A stretch of 64,000 bases of DNA, taken from NCBI GenBank assembly GCA_964016885.1, contig OZ024740.1:153450001-153514000 (forward strand), in the 5' to 3' direction. The notes beneath the pieces are model-generated. The model saw only the letters and a list, made by a program, of their open reading frames with translations, was not told the origin of the DNA and made no database searches. Source of the stretch: Eledone cirrhosa (lineage: Eukaryota). Below, piece after piece: positions 37,202-51,001 of the stretch. Each line of letters opens with the position of its first letter. The stretch's first letter is position 1. The translations under genes and the position numbers were made by a program.

Positions 37202-37719
37202 TGTATGTGTGTGTGTGTGCGTATATATATATATATATATATATTGAGCTCAGCCGTCGGGGTCTTACTGGTTCCTATTACCCACTCTACTACCCTAAGT
37301 ATTGAGTACTTTGGTGCGTTATGGTCCACCTGGTTCCTTACCACATTTCCTTCGTTATCTATATATATATATATATATATATATCAAGGGCGGTGCCCCA
37401 GCATGGCCTCAGCCGGATGGCTGTAAAAGAGTAAAAGAGTAATATATATGTATACACACACACATATATTTGTCTCCGTTTTCATGGTGCGTACGATAAT
37501 TAGAAACTGTCTTCATAGTTATTTTGATATGTCTTTGAAATCGGAAAAACAAAATATTTCGCCAGATTCACTAGATTCATTGCACATGTGAATGTATTGG
37601 TGCAGAGAATAGGAAATTTACATGAGTAACGAATCCATTGATGATAATGATATACAGAATATCTGATTAGTATAATTAAAGAAAGAAGATTTTATAAAAA
37701 AAAAAAACACTTCTTTGTA

Positions 37720-37960
37720 TTTCCATTCACTAGGAAAGAAGATAGAACCCATATTCCTTCAGGGAAGTGGCCCAGCTCAATGTGTAGAAACGGAGTAGGC
37801 ATAAACTCCACATTGCGTACACAATGTAAATCTTGGGTACATGAGAGATGTAATGGGATAACTGGTAGACTAACAGGAAAAGAATATTTTATATGTAGAA
37901 AATTCACAGAAATAATCGAAGGGAAGAGCGTCAGTGATATAAACCTCGTAACAGAGAGGT
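37720..37960 (+). mobile_element. Old fragment of a related PHD-containing RTE LINE
   Basis: Encodes PSGKWPSSMCRNGVGINSTLRTQCKSWVHERCNGITGRL, homologous to 15755-15900. Confidence 0.8.
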
Positions 37961-38920
37961 ACTGAAGTAAAGGTACAATAACTCCATAGAAATCCCTTCA
38001 AGCATGTCACATTGACCACCTCCATTAGTCTGATGTAACCTCTGATCAAATAACCTGGCAACACACAATTCAACAGTCTCTTTCCTTCTATGAGAATGCA
38101 CACGGGGCTGATATTGAGGAGAAAATGAACCGAAGGCAGAAACGTGACACAGCAACACCGAAAACAGAATAAGTTTTCCCTTGCAGTCACTGCAGTCGAT
38201 CCTGAATGGTCTCATCAGCCACCAGCAAACGTACAATTGTCATAGGCAGCCACTTCATAATTATTTATAAGCAAAATCAAATCATGATATCCCTGAATAT
38301 TTTTTTTTATTCAATGTATCTTCCTTTGTAAAGTCGTTAGATTGAAAATTATTTGAGATTTGGTTGCTATTTCTAGCATCAGCTACCACCATAGAAGCTT
38401 TCCCCGTTAACTCGTAATGAATCCTTTTGTTTACATTTAAAGCGTGCTACATAGCTAGCTGTCTAGTTTTTCTTGACGATGGGTGGGGATGTTATATATA
38501 TTTTATACATTTCTAATGTGCTTTTTGTTTTGTTTTGTATTTGTTTTTTCTCTTCCCTGTTTTGTGGGGTTTTGTTTTATAAATCAACATTCGGTATAGG
38601 TCATGTGTCAAATGGTTCAGATTGTCACACAAGTGTTCCGTTCATATGTATACACAAGCGTCACGTAAGATGTGCCATATATTGAGACTGACAACGTAAC
38701 GACCACCGTAGTGTGGTACATAACTATATGTAAGTTGGGGTTACAACAAAAAAAAAAAAGAAAAAAAAAAGGAACAATGTTAAAGTTTCTTCATTCCAGC
38801 CAGTATATCAGTGATTCCCAACCTTTTCAATACCCACGACCCCCTTTTATTTAATTGAATTTTCTCACGGACCTCCCGCTACAATCACTCCCTCCTAGAT
38901 AATAGATATAGCGATAATAA

Positions 38921-39337
38921 TAATTGTTTCTACTTTAGGCACAAGGCCAGCAATTTGAAGGAGAGGGGAAAGTCGATTAAATCGACCTTAATGTTTACTG
39001 GTACTTCATTTTATCGACTCCGTAAGGATGAAAGGCTAAGCTAACCACAGCGGGATTTGAACTCGGAACGTAAAGAGACGTAACTCTACGCCACAAAGTA
39101 CGTTGTCCGTCGCTCTACTGATAATAATTATCCGTCGCTCTATTAATAATAATTGTTTCTATTTTAGGCACAAGGCCAGCAATTATCCAGTACATTACTG
39201 GTACTTTATTTTATCGACCCCGTAAGGATGAAAGGCAAAGTTAACCTCGGCAGGATTTGAACTCAGATCGTAAAGGGACGTAATAATAATAACTGTTTCT
39301 ACTTTTGGCACAAGACCAGCAATTACCTAGTGCATTT
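38921..39337 (-). mobile_element. SINE family A cluster (three copies or fragments)
   Basis: Repeated aattgtttcta...ggcacaaggccagc tails. Confidence 0.8.
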
Positions 39338-39510
39338 ACTCTTTTCAGGCATGCTGGGGCACCATCTTGATCTTATCGATCATATTGTCTTCAGCATTCT
39401 TTTTAAGTCTAGTACTTATTTTATCGATCTCTTTTTTTTTTTGCTGAACCGCTATTTTACGATACATAAACACAAATCCCAAAACAGACTTGGGGCTACA
39501 CCCATACATA

Positions 39511-39635
<125 letters not shown>

Positions 39636-41289
39636 CCTTGAATCTCAGTGGCCACAACTTTCTCCTCGAGGGAACAGAAGCTGGAGCAGACCTTAGCGAC
39701 AGCGTCCCTGTCCATGCTGGCCATTGTGTTCCTATGCGATGACCTTGAGCAAGACACTTTATTTTATGTTCCTCCAGTTCAATTATTTTACGTTGCTCAC
39801 GTCACTAGTGCCTAGCTGTATCGGCCTTTACCTCTCTCTTGGACAACATCTGACGAGTGAAGAGGAGAGATTGCCATACATGAGTGACTACTGGTCTTCT
39901 GCATAACATCTTGCCCGGGCTTTGTCCCAACGAGAACTTTCTAGGTGCAAATCCTTTGGTCATTTGTGACCAAAAGGGGTCTTTATGAATGTAGGTGCAT
40001 GATTTAGAGTACAGTGGTGATTGAACATTTTTAATATATAACTTTGATAGGTTTTGGCCAGTATTAATAGCACCTATATTAACAAATTTTCAACATTTTT
40101 TAATATATATATATTAAAAAATGTTCAACACAAAAATATTTGTATCCAAGTAAGGATAACACAGACTGGAATTTAACACGTATCTACTTGATGACCTTAA
40201 CAATCTCTCACTTCAATATAATTGCCAATCTTATTGAATATTGATGGTTATCTGTTTTCTAAACACGTTAATTATTATATAATTAGGAGCAAGGCGCGAC
40301 ACACGGCCTACCTAGGCCAGACTTGCCACCCGTCGTGGACAACCTTTCAAACCCATGCAAATGTGGGAAAATTGACATTAACAGAAATTATGATGATGAT
40401 AAGCTGTTCAATAGTTCAATGTAACATTCATTTACTAGCTTACAGCTGTTTCAGTAACAATCCTGCTCATAGTTGATTGCGTTATGTATATATTGTACAC
40501 TGACAAATGGACAGATTTTCTGTCCTCAATTGGACAGAGTTGGACAAGAAATGAAGAGACCAAGTCAAAACTCAAGTGGAGCTACTGACCCCTTGGATAG
40601 GCTAGGGGGCCAACATTTATATATATATAGAGAGAGAGACAAACAAATACATATACATTCACATGCTTACATATATGCATGCATCGACACATACATATAC
40701 ATTTCCTCTCAATCATTAAGATCTGTAGCAAGCAATGAATTCCACTCAACTCAATTCAACAATGGAAATTGATCTACAAATGTTGCAATTACAGATCTAA
40801 ATCCATGCATACACACATGATGCAATGCTGCAGTTTTTCCTTCTTCACTATTATATCCCTATTTGTCCTCATAGTTGTAATCATCACCATGACCACAATT
40901 TTTATTATTCTCATTTCCAATGTTTTTAGCAATTATTGAGGTACATGTAAAAATAGGTTAGAAAATATATATTTTCTATTTCTTTCTCACTTACACACCC
41001 TCTCTGTTATTAATTTGTTCAATTATTAATTTTTACTTCCTCCACTTCATATACATATATAAATAAATATATATATATATATATATACAAATAAAAGGTA
41101 GAGTTAATAACATACCGATACCCTGTAATTAACAAGCTCAAAGTATAAATACTGAGCATTTCAATAATATATGTAGTAATAAACAGTAAATATTGAGGCG
41201 GTCTGTATATATTTTATTTTATTTTATGTATATACTGCTTGCTTCTGATTAAATTTCTCAAACAAATGTTTTACTGTGTTTATTACAAG

Positions 41290-41323
<34 letters not shown>

Positions 41324-41389
41324 GTAAAAGGGAAACAGAAATAACAACACAATCGGTACAGTATATGGAAGGGATATAGCAGGAAGAGG

Positions 41390-41425
41390 TCTTAGCGTTT
41401 CAGACGCTAGTCCTTCATCAGAAGA
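41390..41425 (-). ncRNA. Degenerate minimal hammerhead motif (probably inactive)
   Basis: UCUU CUGAUGA AGGAC-uagc-GUCU GAAAC GCU AAGA. Core and stems I/II are present, but the cleavage triplet lacks the invariant U. Confidence 0.5.
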
Positions 41426-41589
41426 AAGAATGAGAAATAATAGAGATTGGGAGGACAGGCGGGTTGGAATTGGAAAAAAAATGTAGATTTGAGATTGGGC
41501 ATATTGAAGGTACTAGGGTAGGAAGATGCAGTTTGGCTTTAAGTCAGGGAGAACTACTTTGCTAAGAATAAGCTCTTATAGTTACCATT

Positions 41590-42270
41590 TGTCAACCTGG
41601 GGGATGTCCTTGACAGAATCCTATGTTCTATAATCTTGTGGGTGCTTAGGAAGTTAGGGATAAATGAATGGCTTGTGAGTGGTGTACAATAGTACACTTA
41701 GTAAGGCGTAGGTTAACAATGAATACAGAAATACTTTAGATGTAGGTTGGAGTACTCCACGGTCCAGTTCACAGTCACCTCTACTTTATTTTACTCCTCC
41801 AGGTCAAAACAGAGGAATTCAAGACTGGTTGTCCATGAGAACAGCTGCATATGTATGATCTAGCATTTACATGCAAAAACCACAAAAGAATTAGAAGTTC
41901 CAAACATGGAAACAAAATCTGGAGGTCTCAAAGTAAATTTATCAAAAGTTTTGGTAAGAAAGAGGAAAGGACTCTACTACAAACAGGTACATGGCCATGC
42001 TCAATATGTTGAAAAGGGGTAAGTAGAAACTGAATACAGTGTACCCAGTGTAGACTGTGGACACACAAGGCATGTAGTAGGATCATGAGTAGGCTGTCTG
42101 GGAAGTTAGACTTCAGGTGACAGGTCTGCATGAGATCATCAAAGAGTACTCAAGAAATAAACTCTCAAATGTTCCAAAGGCTTATTAGAAATAGTAGAAA
42201 GCTTTTGTTATCAAGGTACCCTAATTAGCAATAGAGGTGGATGTACCAAAATTGTTATAGGCAGATTGAG
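41590..42270 (+). mobile_element. Highly decayed RT/PHD fragment of a related RTE LINE
   Basis: Recognisable EEFKTGCP, KFQTWKQ, GTWPCSIC, CTQCRLWTHKAC and IVESFCY segments with many lesions. Confidence 0.75.
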
Positions 42271-43818
42271 ATAAATATATATGTTTTGAAACATATGTAA
42301 GGGAATAAATATGGTTTTTGGATGAAAGAAGTAAAATTTTTCCATTAACAGTCTTGTTTATATGCTCTGCCTTTATAACTTTGTTGCTAATATCTTTTGT
42401 TATCTTTTGTTGCTAATATCTTTATATATTATATAAACACATTGAGCTATTTCTTTTTTTACAAACTAGCAATTACATACTATCATTTTAATTCTCTATT
42501 TTCCTTTGAGAATTGTTTGTATAGTTCTACCTATATATTAGAGGCAAAGGGTGCGTGCATACGTTATAGAATCTTGAGTCGATCAATTGCGTTGGTTGAA
42601 GCAAGCAGAATGTTGGCTGCTTACTAAATCGTAGACACACAAAAAGATAACACACACACACACTAGATAACACTACATGCGGCTTTGACCGGGAGGGTCA
42701 TTTAGAGGGAATGGGGGGTGGGGGAGGCTGCACACCCCCATTTTCCGACATGGCGATTGGACTGCATGCCCTGCTTTCCAGGTTACCCTTCGCCACTGAT
42801 ATATATATATATATCTTTCAAGATCGTCATCGTTTTATAGCTGTATTCCATGCAGGCATGCATTAGGTAGGTTTTCACAGATCAAGACTAGATGGTTTGG
42901 GGGATCTCATCCTACTCACAAATTTCATATTAGCATGATTTCTACAGCTAGATTTCTAATGCTAACCACCTTACAGAGTGTACTGAATGTATTTTACTAT
43001 GACACCAGCACTATCATATTACATATTACAGATTTAACGTAGCAACTAAGATTTTGACATAGCTGAGCGAGACTTAAAAACGAAACCAACTGTTAAATAT
43101 AGATGAGAGAGAAAATTAGTGGAACAAAGATTGAATGAGTTTGGATGAGGTGGAGCTTAAGATGACAAATTAGCAGAGTTGTTAATGTATTGGATTACAA
43201 ACACATTGGCTGATAGCATTCTGAATTCAAATACTTCCATGATCAACTTTGCTGTTTATCCTGTCACGGTTGATAAATAAAGTACCAGTCTTGTACTAGA
43301 TGATTCTTCATCTATTTCTCTTCACTTTCTTTCTCTCCAAGAAATCAGCTGTGTTCAGACCTGGAGAGGGATAGGCTCTGCCAGGTTTTATAAAATCTCC
43401 AAGACAGACACTGTGTGTCATGAGAGCAACCCAACACACACTACATGAAGATTTAAGGGCCCCACGAAAATGTAGTTTCGGTTTGCATTGGAACATTTTT
43501 CTGGTATGATAAATTGGGAGCTAAAAAGAAACATCCAGAAAATGAACGACTTGACTGACTGGTTTGAAGCCACTCATCAACACGTTTGGTATCTGAGGAA
43601 AAAGATATTTAAAAACTAGATACGGTCACTCACACAAGTGATGTGTACACAAAGGAAGCAGTGGAGAAAACAACACTTAAGATATATCAGTTGAACAGGA
43701 GTGGTTAGTACAACAATCTGTAGAATACACAGCTATTTACTCTATAACTCAGAGTTTGTATATAAATTCTTATATATACAAGTGTGTATGTGTATACATA
43801 TATATATATACACACATA

Positions 43819-43855
<37 letters not shown>

Positions 43856-45360
43856 ATGTATGTAGGTAAATGAAGGAGTCAGGACCCCGACAGCTGAGCT
43901 CCTGCCATTACAACAGCTAGTTCTGAACTAGCTGCAGCACAACCGTTGTGCTCCTGACTCTTTCATATTACCACACTCTACAACCCCAAGTATTGAGTAT
44001 ACTGGTAAGTAATAGTCTAACAGAATTTTACTGCATAAATTCTGATATACACGTATATATATACACACACACACATCTTTATATACACACACACACATCT
44101 TTATATACACTCACAAACATATATATTTATACATCATTTCACCTACCAATGTTTACAGGGATTGCACATACATACATGCATATATGTGTGTGTGTATATG
44201 AGTGGCTGTGTGTGACTGTTTATATATTCACAAACTCTTATACACTCTAGACACGTGTTTTCACCATCAACACATGTAAGCCTAACCAAGACGGATGGCC
44301 CTTTGCAAGCTCTCCCAGACTGTTTGGGTTGATGTATTCTAATGAGGTATGCTCCTGTTAATTCACCAATAGCGTGATCTCAACTTGTTTTAACATTGGT
44401 AGCACCACATCCATGCTTGCCAATTATTGCTAATTTTACATCTAATCCAACAAATTTCCTCTTCTAAGCATTTCCACCACTCTTATTAGTGATAATCACT
44501 TATTCAGAACTGATGATAATAAATTAAGTGTTTGGTAATGTAGTAACCTGCCAATTAATATTGCTTTGAATGGCACAGTTCTCAAATTATCATGGTTAAT
44601 AAATTGACGCTAAATACTAGAAAAACACTATATATATATATATTATTTAAGGCCTCCAATCAGTCACTAATGACCATGGTTTTGCACCTAGAAAGTTTCC
44701 CTCCAAGGCACAAGCCTGAGCAAGGTTTGTTTGTAGAAGACCAGCAGTCAATATATATATATATATAAACATAGATAGAATACACAGACATAATGGAGAA
44801 AAACTTATTAAATATCACGTTTCTAAAGCAATGGACTCCATTATTTTTCATTTAATATATGTAACATTGACCCCAATAAATCGAATTCATATATGCAGGA
44901 AATGACAAAGGAACACAAGTACAGGAGGGCAACTGTCCTGGGAAACTCCATCCAATTCATGCAAGCAAGGAAAAGCAGAGATAAAGTAAAAAGGAAGATG
45001 TTGTATGTGTGTATGTGTGTGTGTGTTGAATAGTTATAATTTCAATAGGAGTCCCTGCTGTTTCAACTTGTTTCTACAAGTGAAAAATGTACCTTATTTA
45101 GTTTAGCCATAAAAAAAAACATGCCAGGGTCTCATCTAATTCACGCAAGTATGGAAAAGATTGACATAAAAAAGATGGTAATAATAAAATATACATGGCT
45201 GTGTGGTTACAGAGCTTGTTTTGCAACCATGTGGTTCTGTGATCAACATTTTGGCTGTCTTCTATAATAACCTCCAGAGTGGAATTTCATAGATAAAAAC
45301 TGCAGATGCCCATCATGTGTATGTGTGTACATTATATATATATATATATATATACAATAC

Positions 45361-46112
45361 ATAAACAGAGAAAGCCTTAAGCGATACTCCGACCAACTCC
45401 ATCTCACTCAACAAACATTAGGATATACCTAAGTATTATCCCAATTAAGTGTTTGGGGTGCTAACTAATCAGTATTACGTGGATAGCTGGTTGTATTATT
45501 TTATATGAGACATTATTAAATAAATATCTCTTTCCTTCCAGACGGCTGTTTCGTTATAAGATTTCTACAAATTGGGATAAATAATTTCCAGGTTATGTAG
45601 AAACTTGTATATAATCCATAGTTTTATACACAAGCGGGCTCTCATAAACTCATCAGTGGATGCCCAAATAATATCGATATAAGAATTATATCGACATTAA
45701 TAGAAGAGACTGGTAGATTAGAAAATCCAACATTCCTCCCAAAGATAAAATATACACTGTCCCCAAAAGGGTAAAGGGAGGTCATCTTAAAATAAAACAA
45801 TATACACGCTGGTCATTTAAACCCATTAGGTATTAATACGTGTATAAGAACTCAATTGGAAATTTAAAAGAATAACCACATGTATACACAACCAATGCAC
45901 ACACAGAGATATTAAAACATAATAAATACATGCATGGATCATCCATATACACACATAGCTATTCTCTAAGGCTAAATCAGACATGGGATACAAGGAAGAT
46001 CAATCAGTATTTCATATAAAAAATAATAATAAGAGAGTCGTACCTTATATCTGGAAATCATATCAGGCCACCAAGAGTATATATTCAATAAATAAACAGA
46101 GAAAGCCTTAAG

Positions 46113-46117
<5 letters not shown>
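45361..46117 (-). mobile_element. Non-coding, terminally redundant hammerhead-bearing element (Penelope pLTR / retrozyme-like)
   Basis: 26-bp direct repeat ataaacagagaaagccttaagcgata at 45361 and 46092 (period 731). Hammerhead inside, (TA)n on both sides, no credible ORF. Confidence 0.65.
45537..45660 (-). ncRNA. Type I hammerhead ribozyme with a large branched domain II
   Basis: UCCA CUGAUGA GUU(U)AUGAGA ...[two hairpins]... UCUUAUAAC GAAA CAGCCG UC^ UGGA. Confidence 0.78.
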
Positions 46118-46161
<44 letters not shown>

Positions 46162-47181
46162 AGTGAGAGAGAGAAGGGGGAGGGGATAAAAATGAGAATG
46201 ATAAAATATGTGCCAGGCATGAAAAGTACTGAAGTCAAAATGACTGAAACCATTAAAAGAATAATAGAATATTTATATATAATTCATTTAGTATTTATGT
46301 CACAAGAACGAGTGCTTAATAACATTACAGAGATTAATAGTTTTATTAAGTTTGTGTCAGGAGTATTGCCTGCTGATTACCGGGTGACTTGACTTTCTGA
46401 TAACCTTGTAAACACAGACTAATGGGTGTGGGGACACTGATTCAACCCTCATAAAACTATATAGATATATATATATATATAGGAGAAAGTATGACCCCGA
46501 CGGCAGAGCTCAAGCCGTTTCGATGGCTATTTCTGGACTCAAAGATATATGTCACAGAAAAAAGAGATCAGTGTTGCGACGAAAGGAATATATATATATA
46601 TATATATATATATTGATGAAGGACTATTTTTATCATATGTAACCCATGTGCAGCCATGCAGTATTCTTTCTTCTCATGTTTTTTATATATATTTTCCTCA
46701 GCTGCGTTTGTCTGTTTCTCTCTTACTGCTTCCCCGCTCTCTGTTTCTCTCACCCCTCTGTCAGTTACACTTTCTCTCAACTGGCCTCTTCCTCGCACTT
46801 CCACTCACTCACTCTCTGTTTCTCCCCTTCTCACTTCCTCCCATTTGGCCTGTAGTGGGTTCTCTTCTTGCTCACATCTCACTCACGTCGGACGTTCTGT
46901 ATATCTCTCTCGCTCATGAAATCCACCCAGCTTAAGCTGACCGGATTTCCATGATGCTTGTGTTTTCCTATCTTTGCGTTACTTTCCTTCCGTGTTTGTT
47001 TACTGTCTCACTCGCTTTACGCGATTTACTTGTCCCAATAGCTTTATTTAGCTATTGCTCGCACCAACCTGAGGTATATGATTTTTAAAGCGATGAAATA
47101 CCAATGAAGGTTGGAAAATCACTGACGAAGGACTATTTTTATCATATGTAACCCATGTGCAACCACGCAGTATTCTTTCTC

Positions 47182-47413
<232 letters not shown>

Positions 47414-48329
47414 GATTTATTTAATATAGAAATGAGTTCTACAGAACTAGAACTGTTTCTTTCATTTGAAATTGTCAGATCTACTCACTTTGAAGTTATT
47501 TCTATATGGAATAAATAGTTGTTTCTACTTTTGGCACATAATGTCCCTTCCCTAGTTAATGTATTGGGTACCTTATTTAACTGTGGTCCCTTTCCATTCC
47601 TCTTCGGAAAACCATCCCCCCCCCCCACACACACACGAGAAAAAGGTGGGTAACACTTGGGTGTTGATAGAGAATGTTAGCTGATAACCTTGTTGAGAAC
47701 ATTAACAACAGATGGTCAGTCTATCAGTCCATTTTGGGTTCTAATTTTAAGGGTGGAGCTGCATGATCTGATGTCTGTGAGGTGTTGATTGATACACATG
47801 ATCACTGTATGGTGAATAGTAAATTATAGTAGTATTGATGGTGATGGCAGTGGTAGTGGAATGGATGGCAGCAGTGGTAGTGGGGTGGGGGATGGAGGGT
47901 AGCGGTGATAGGGGTGATGATATTTGGGATGGCCCACCATGTGGTTATGATAGAATGGTAGTGATGACATTTTCTTTTTGTTTTTGGTAGTGATGGTGAT
48001 GGCAACAGTAGTAGTAGTAGTAGTAATAATAGTAGTAGTGTTTACCCACCCCTACTATTCAGGTTAACTCTAGCTGTGAAGATTTATCTGAGATAAGTCC
48101 CACCTCTCTAGGGGAATTGCATCATTAAATATGTCTTTCTCTTTTGAAAACAGAAAGGTGTAATTGTGTGAAGATTTGGCTGCTATTTCTAGCAGATCAA
48201 GCAACCATGTAGAGTACTGTTCCTGTTCCCAAAGTGTGTTCCAAGAAGGCCCAGACTTCTGTAAAAAAAACTGTTTGGGGTGCTGCAAATAAATTTATAA
48301 AAATTTGATTTTTTTAAAGAGCATTTGAT

Positions 48330-48815
48330 AATCAGAAGGGTGATAGGTGTAAAAGCTAAACTCGCAATCTTCAATTCAGTATTTGTGCCAACCCTCATGA
48401 ATCTTGGGTAATGACTGAAAGAATATGATCACAAATACAAGCGACTGGAATGGGGTTCCTCTGAAGGGTTTTTGGTGTAACGTTACTCGATAGATTGTGT
48501 AACTCAGAGATCAGAGATTTGCTTTAATTAGAATCTCTACATCTCTGAATTAAGAAATCAGAACTCCGATACAACGGGTACGTGGTTAGAATCTTTCAGG
48601 AAAGAATCACTGGACAGATTGTATTAGAAAAACCAATGAGCAGGAGACCCAGGGGTAGACCCAGAGCAGGATGGTTGGATAACATCCATGTGCTTGGCTG
48701 GTCTCATTTGGGGATCCAGCTGGATCAGTTAGAGATGGTTGCCTCTGACAGGACCTGCTGGAAGGAGTATTTGAGGATTCTGTCCCTATGTTCCTCATGA
48801 ATAAGTGGATGAAGA
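48330..48815 (+). mobile_element. 3' fragment of the second RTE-type LINE family
   Basis: Similar to 3870-4320. Encodes RRPRGRPRAGWLD. Confidence 0.78.
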
Positions 48816-50488
48816 AGGAGTAGAAGAGTAAATTCTCTCTTTAAAACAATTTTTGTTTTATTTAATGTCATTAAAATTAAGGTGGCAAGATTTTCATAAA
48901 ATATAGGCATGATTTCAGTGACCTTTGGAAAATCATATATTGATAAAATATGTTTTGAAACCACTGACATGGAAGCTGTAACATTCTTAGGGTTTTCTTA
49001 GTAGTTGATGCTGATGTTGTTATTGTAATGGTGGTAAACAGAATCAAATTAACATTCATGTTTAGAATAAACACAATAAATAAATAAATAAAAGAGACTA
49101 AAAAGTCTTTTAATGTTTGCTGCTGTAATTAGGTGACATTCTTGTGTGTAGTTTTGGAGATAATTTACAGACCACAAAAATGTAATAACTACAGAAGTAC
49201 AACAGACAGTTTAAGGTATGCCAAGTCTGTTGTGTTGTCCAATAACTAACAAACAGAACAGCAAGCAGCATAGTCATAATAAGTCTGCTATAATTATCAT
49301 GAACTGTGTGGTGTGTCGGTGACAAAGAAAATAAATATCTCTGACAAATAAAGTAGGTAGGTAGATAGTAGGAGATTGATGTGTAGGTAGGTAGGTAGGT
49401 AGGTAGGTAGGTAGGTAGGTAGGTAGGTAGGCTAATAAGTAGAAAGGTGGATAGATGCAGTGGGTTGATAGGTACAATAGACTGATAGGTACAGTAAGGC
49501 TATGTATAATGTATATGTAATATAAATCAGCTGAGATTATCCGAGCAAATGCTTCTACTTCAGGTGTCTAAATCTACAAACTAAAAAAATAAAAAATAAA
49601 AAAAGGAGATTACTCCAATAACATCATTTTATATCTACGTTCCATGCTGGCATGGGTTTGAGAGTTGTTTCAGTCTGAATCAGTTCTAATTTGGAATTAC
49701 TGCCCTCCTAGATGGGTTGAAGGACCAGGTCTCTTTCATATATTGCATTTCGACATGGTCTGTGCAGCTGGATCAGTGGATCTGAATTTTGGACAATAAA
49801 AAAAATGCAGTATGGGAGTGAATCTCTGTTTTAAATTTGTTAGATTTCATTAACAAAGTGTATTCTACTCAGCAAGTCCGTGATCCATATAGAGAAATAG
49901 GTAAATTGGTTGTAAGGCAGGCAGTTAGCTAAATATGTAAGTAGGTAGTTAAATAGATATGTAGGTAGGGAGGTGAATGTAGAGGCCTAAAATATCTGTC
50001 TAGAGCCCAGGGGTTTATCCTGATTTCCATGGTTGTTAAGTGACAGAGTACAAGACTTTCCTCTGGATAGGACGCCATACTGGAACAACGTAAATAAAGT
50101 GTTTTGCTTAAGAGCACAACACACAACCCAGTCCAGGATTCTAACCTACGACATTATGATCATAAGCCCAACACACTTGCCACTGGGCTATGTGCCTCCA
50201 CAAATGTGGAGGTGCATACATATAAATAGCATCACATTTTTTTGTTCACAACTCAAACACCACCACTACTCTTTTTGACCTCTTTCTCAGGCAAAGGGCA
50301 AGGGTCAAACATCACCAAGCAGATTCTTCAATTGAACTTAAAATAATCTGTGTATTCTCCAAAGTATTAAAACTGCTGTGTTCTGGTAAAGTGACTAATT
50401 TTGGTTAGCCAGTTGCTCCCATTTTCTTTTCATTGTTTAGTCAAGGAGGGGAGAGCAATGCCCATGACTTTTTTAAGGTCTCAGTGAC

Positions 50489-50489
<1 letters not shown>

Positions 50490-50554
<65 letters not shown>

Positions 50555-50555
50555 T

Positions 50556-50623
<68 letters not shown>
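50490..50623. repeat. (GA)n/(GATA) microsatellite
   Basis: Direct inspection. Confidence 0.95.
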
Positions 50624-50627
<4 letters not shown>

Positions 50628-50786
50628 TTATTCTCAACTGAAGACCTAGGTTGAATGCTTACAACAGAGAAAGAGAGAGGAAAAGTTATCCTCAACCAAA
50701 GACCTAGTTTGAATGCTTACAACAGAGTGGGCTCTGCTAAAGGGATTCAAGGGCTACCAAGTGGCAGTATTAAACTGAGTAATGGA

Positions 50787-51001
50787 TTAACCATTTAGCA
50801 TTTAAACCAGCCATATCCAGCCAGAATTCTCTCACGTCTTTCTGTTCAAACTGGATGTAACTGGCCACTAATAGTGATGTTAAGATATTGTTCTAAAATA
50901 AATAATATAAAAATCTCATAGATTCAATATTATGCGAGGTAAAGCCTTTACCATGAAAATATAATAATAAATATAGAGTAATGTAAATGCTAAAGGGTTA
51001 A
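50787..51001. mobile_element. piggyBac-like MITE
   Basis: TTAA|CCATTTAGCATTTA...TAAATGCTAAAGGG|TTAA. Confidence 0.75.

Noticed and set aside
38170-38225. Minus-strand CTGATGAGACC as a hammerhead core
   Set aside because: No convincing stem II closure with GAAA and no stem I partner.
47070-47135. Intact permuted hammerhead (GGTATA-TGATTTT ... GAAATACC ... AAAATCA-CTGACGA)
   Set aside because: GAAA lies before CUGACGA and no stem II can form, so it is not a valid topology as it stands.
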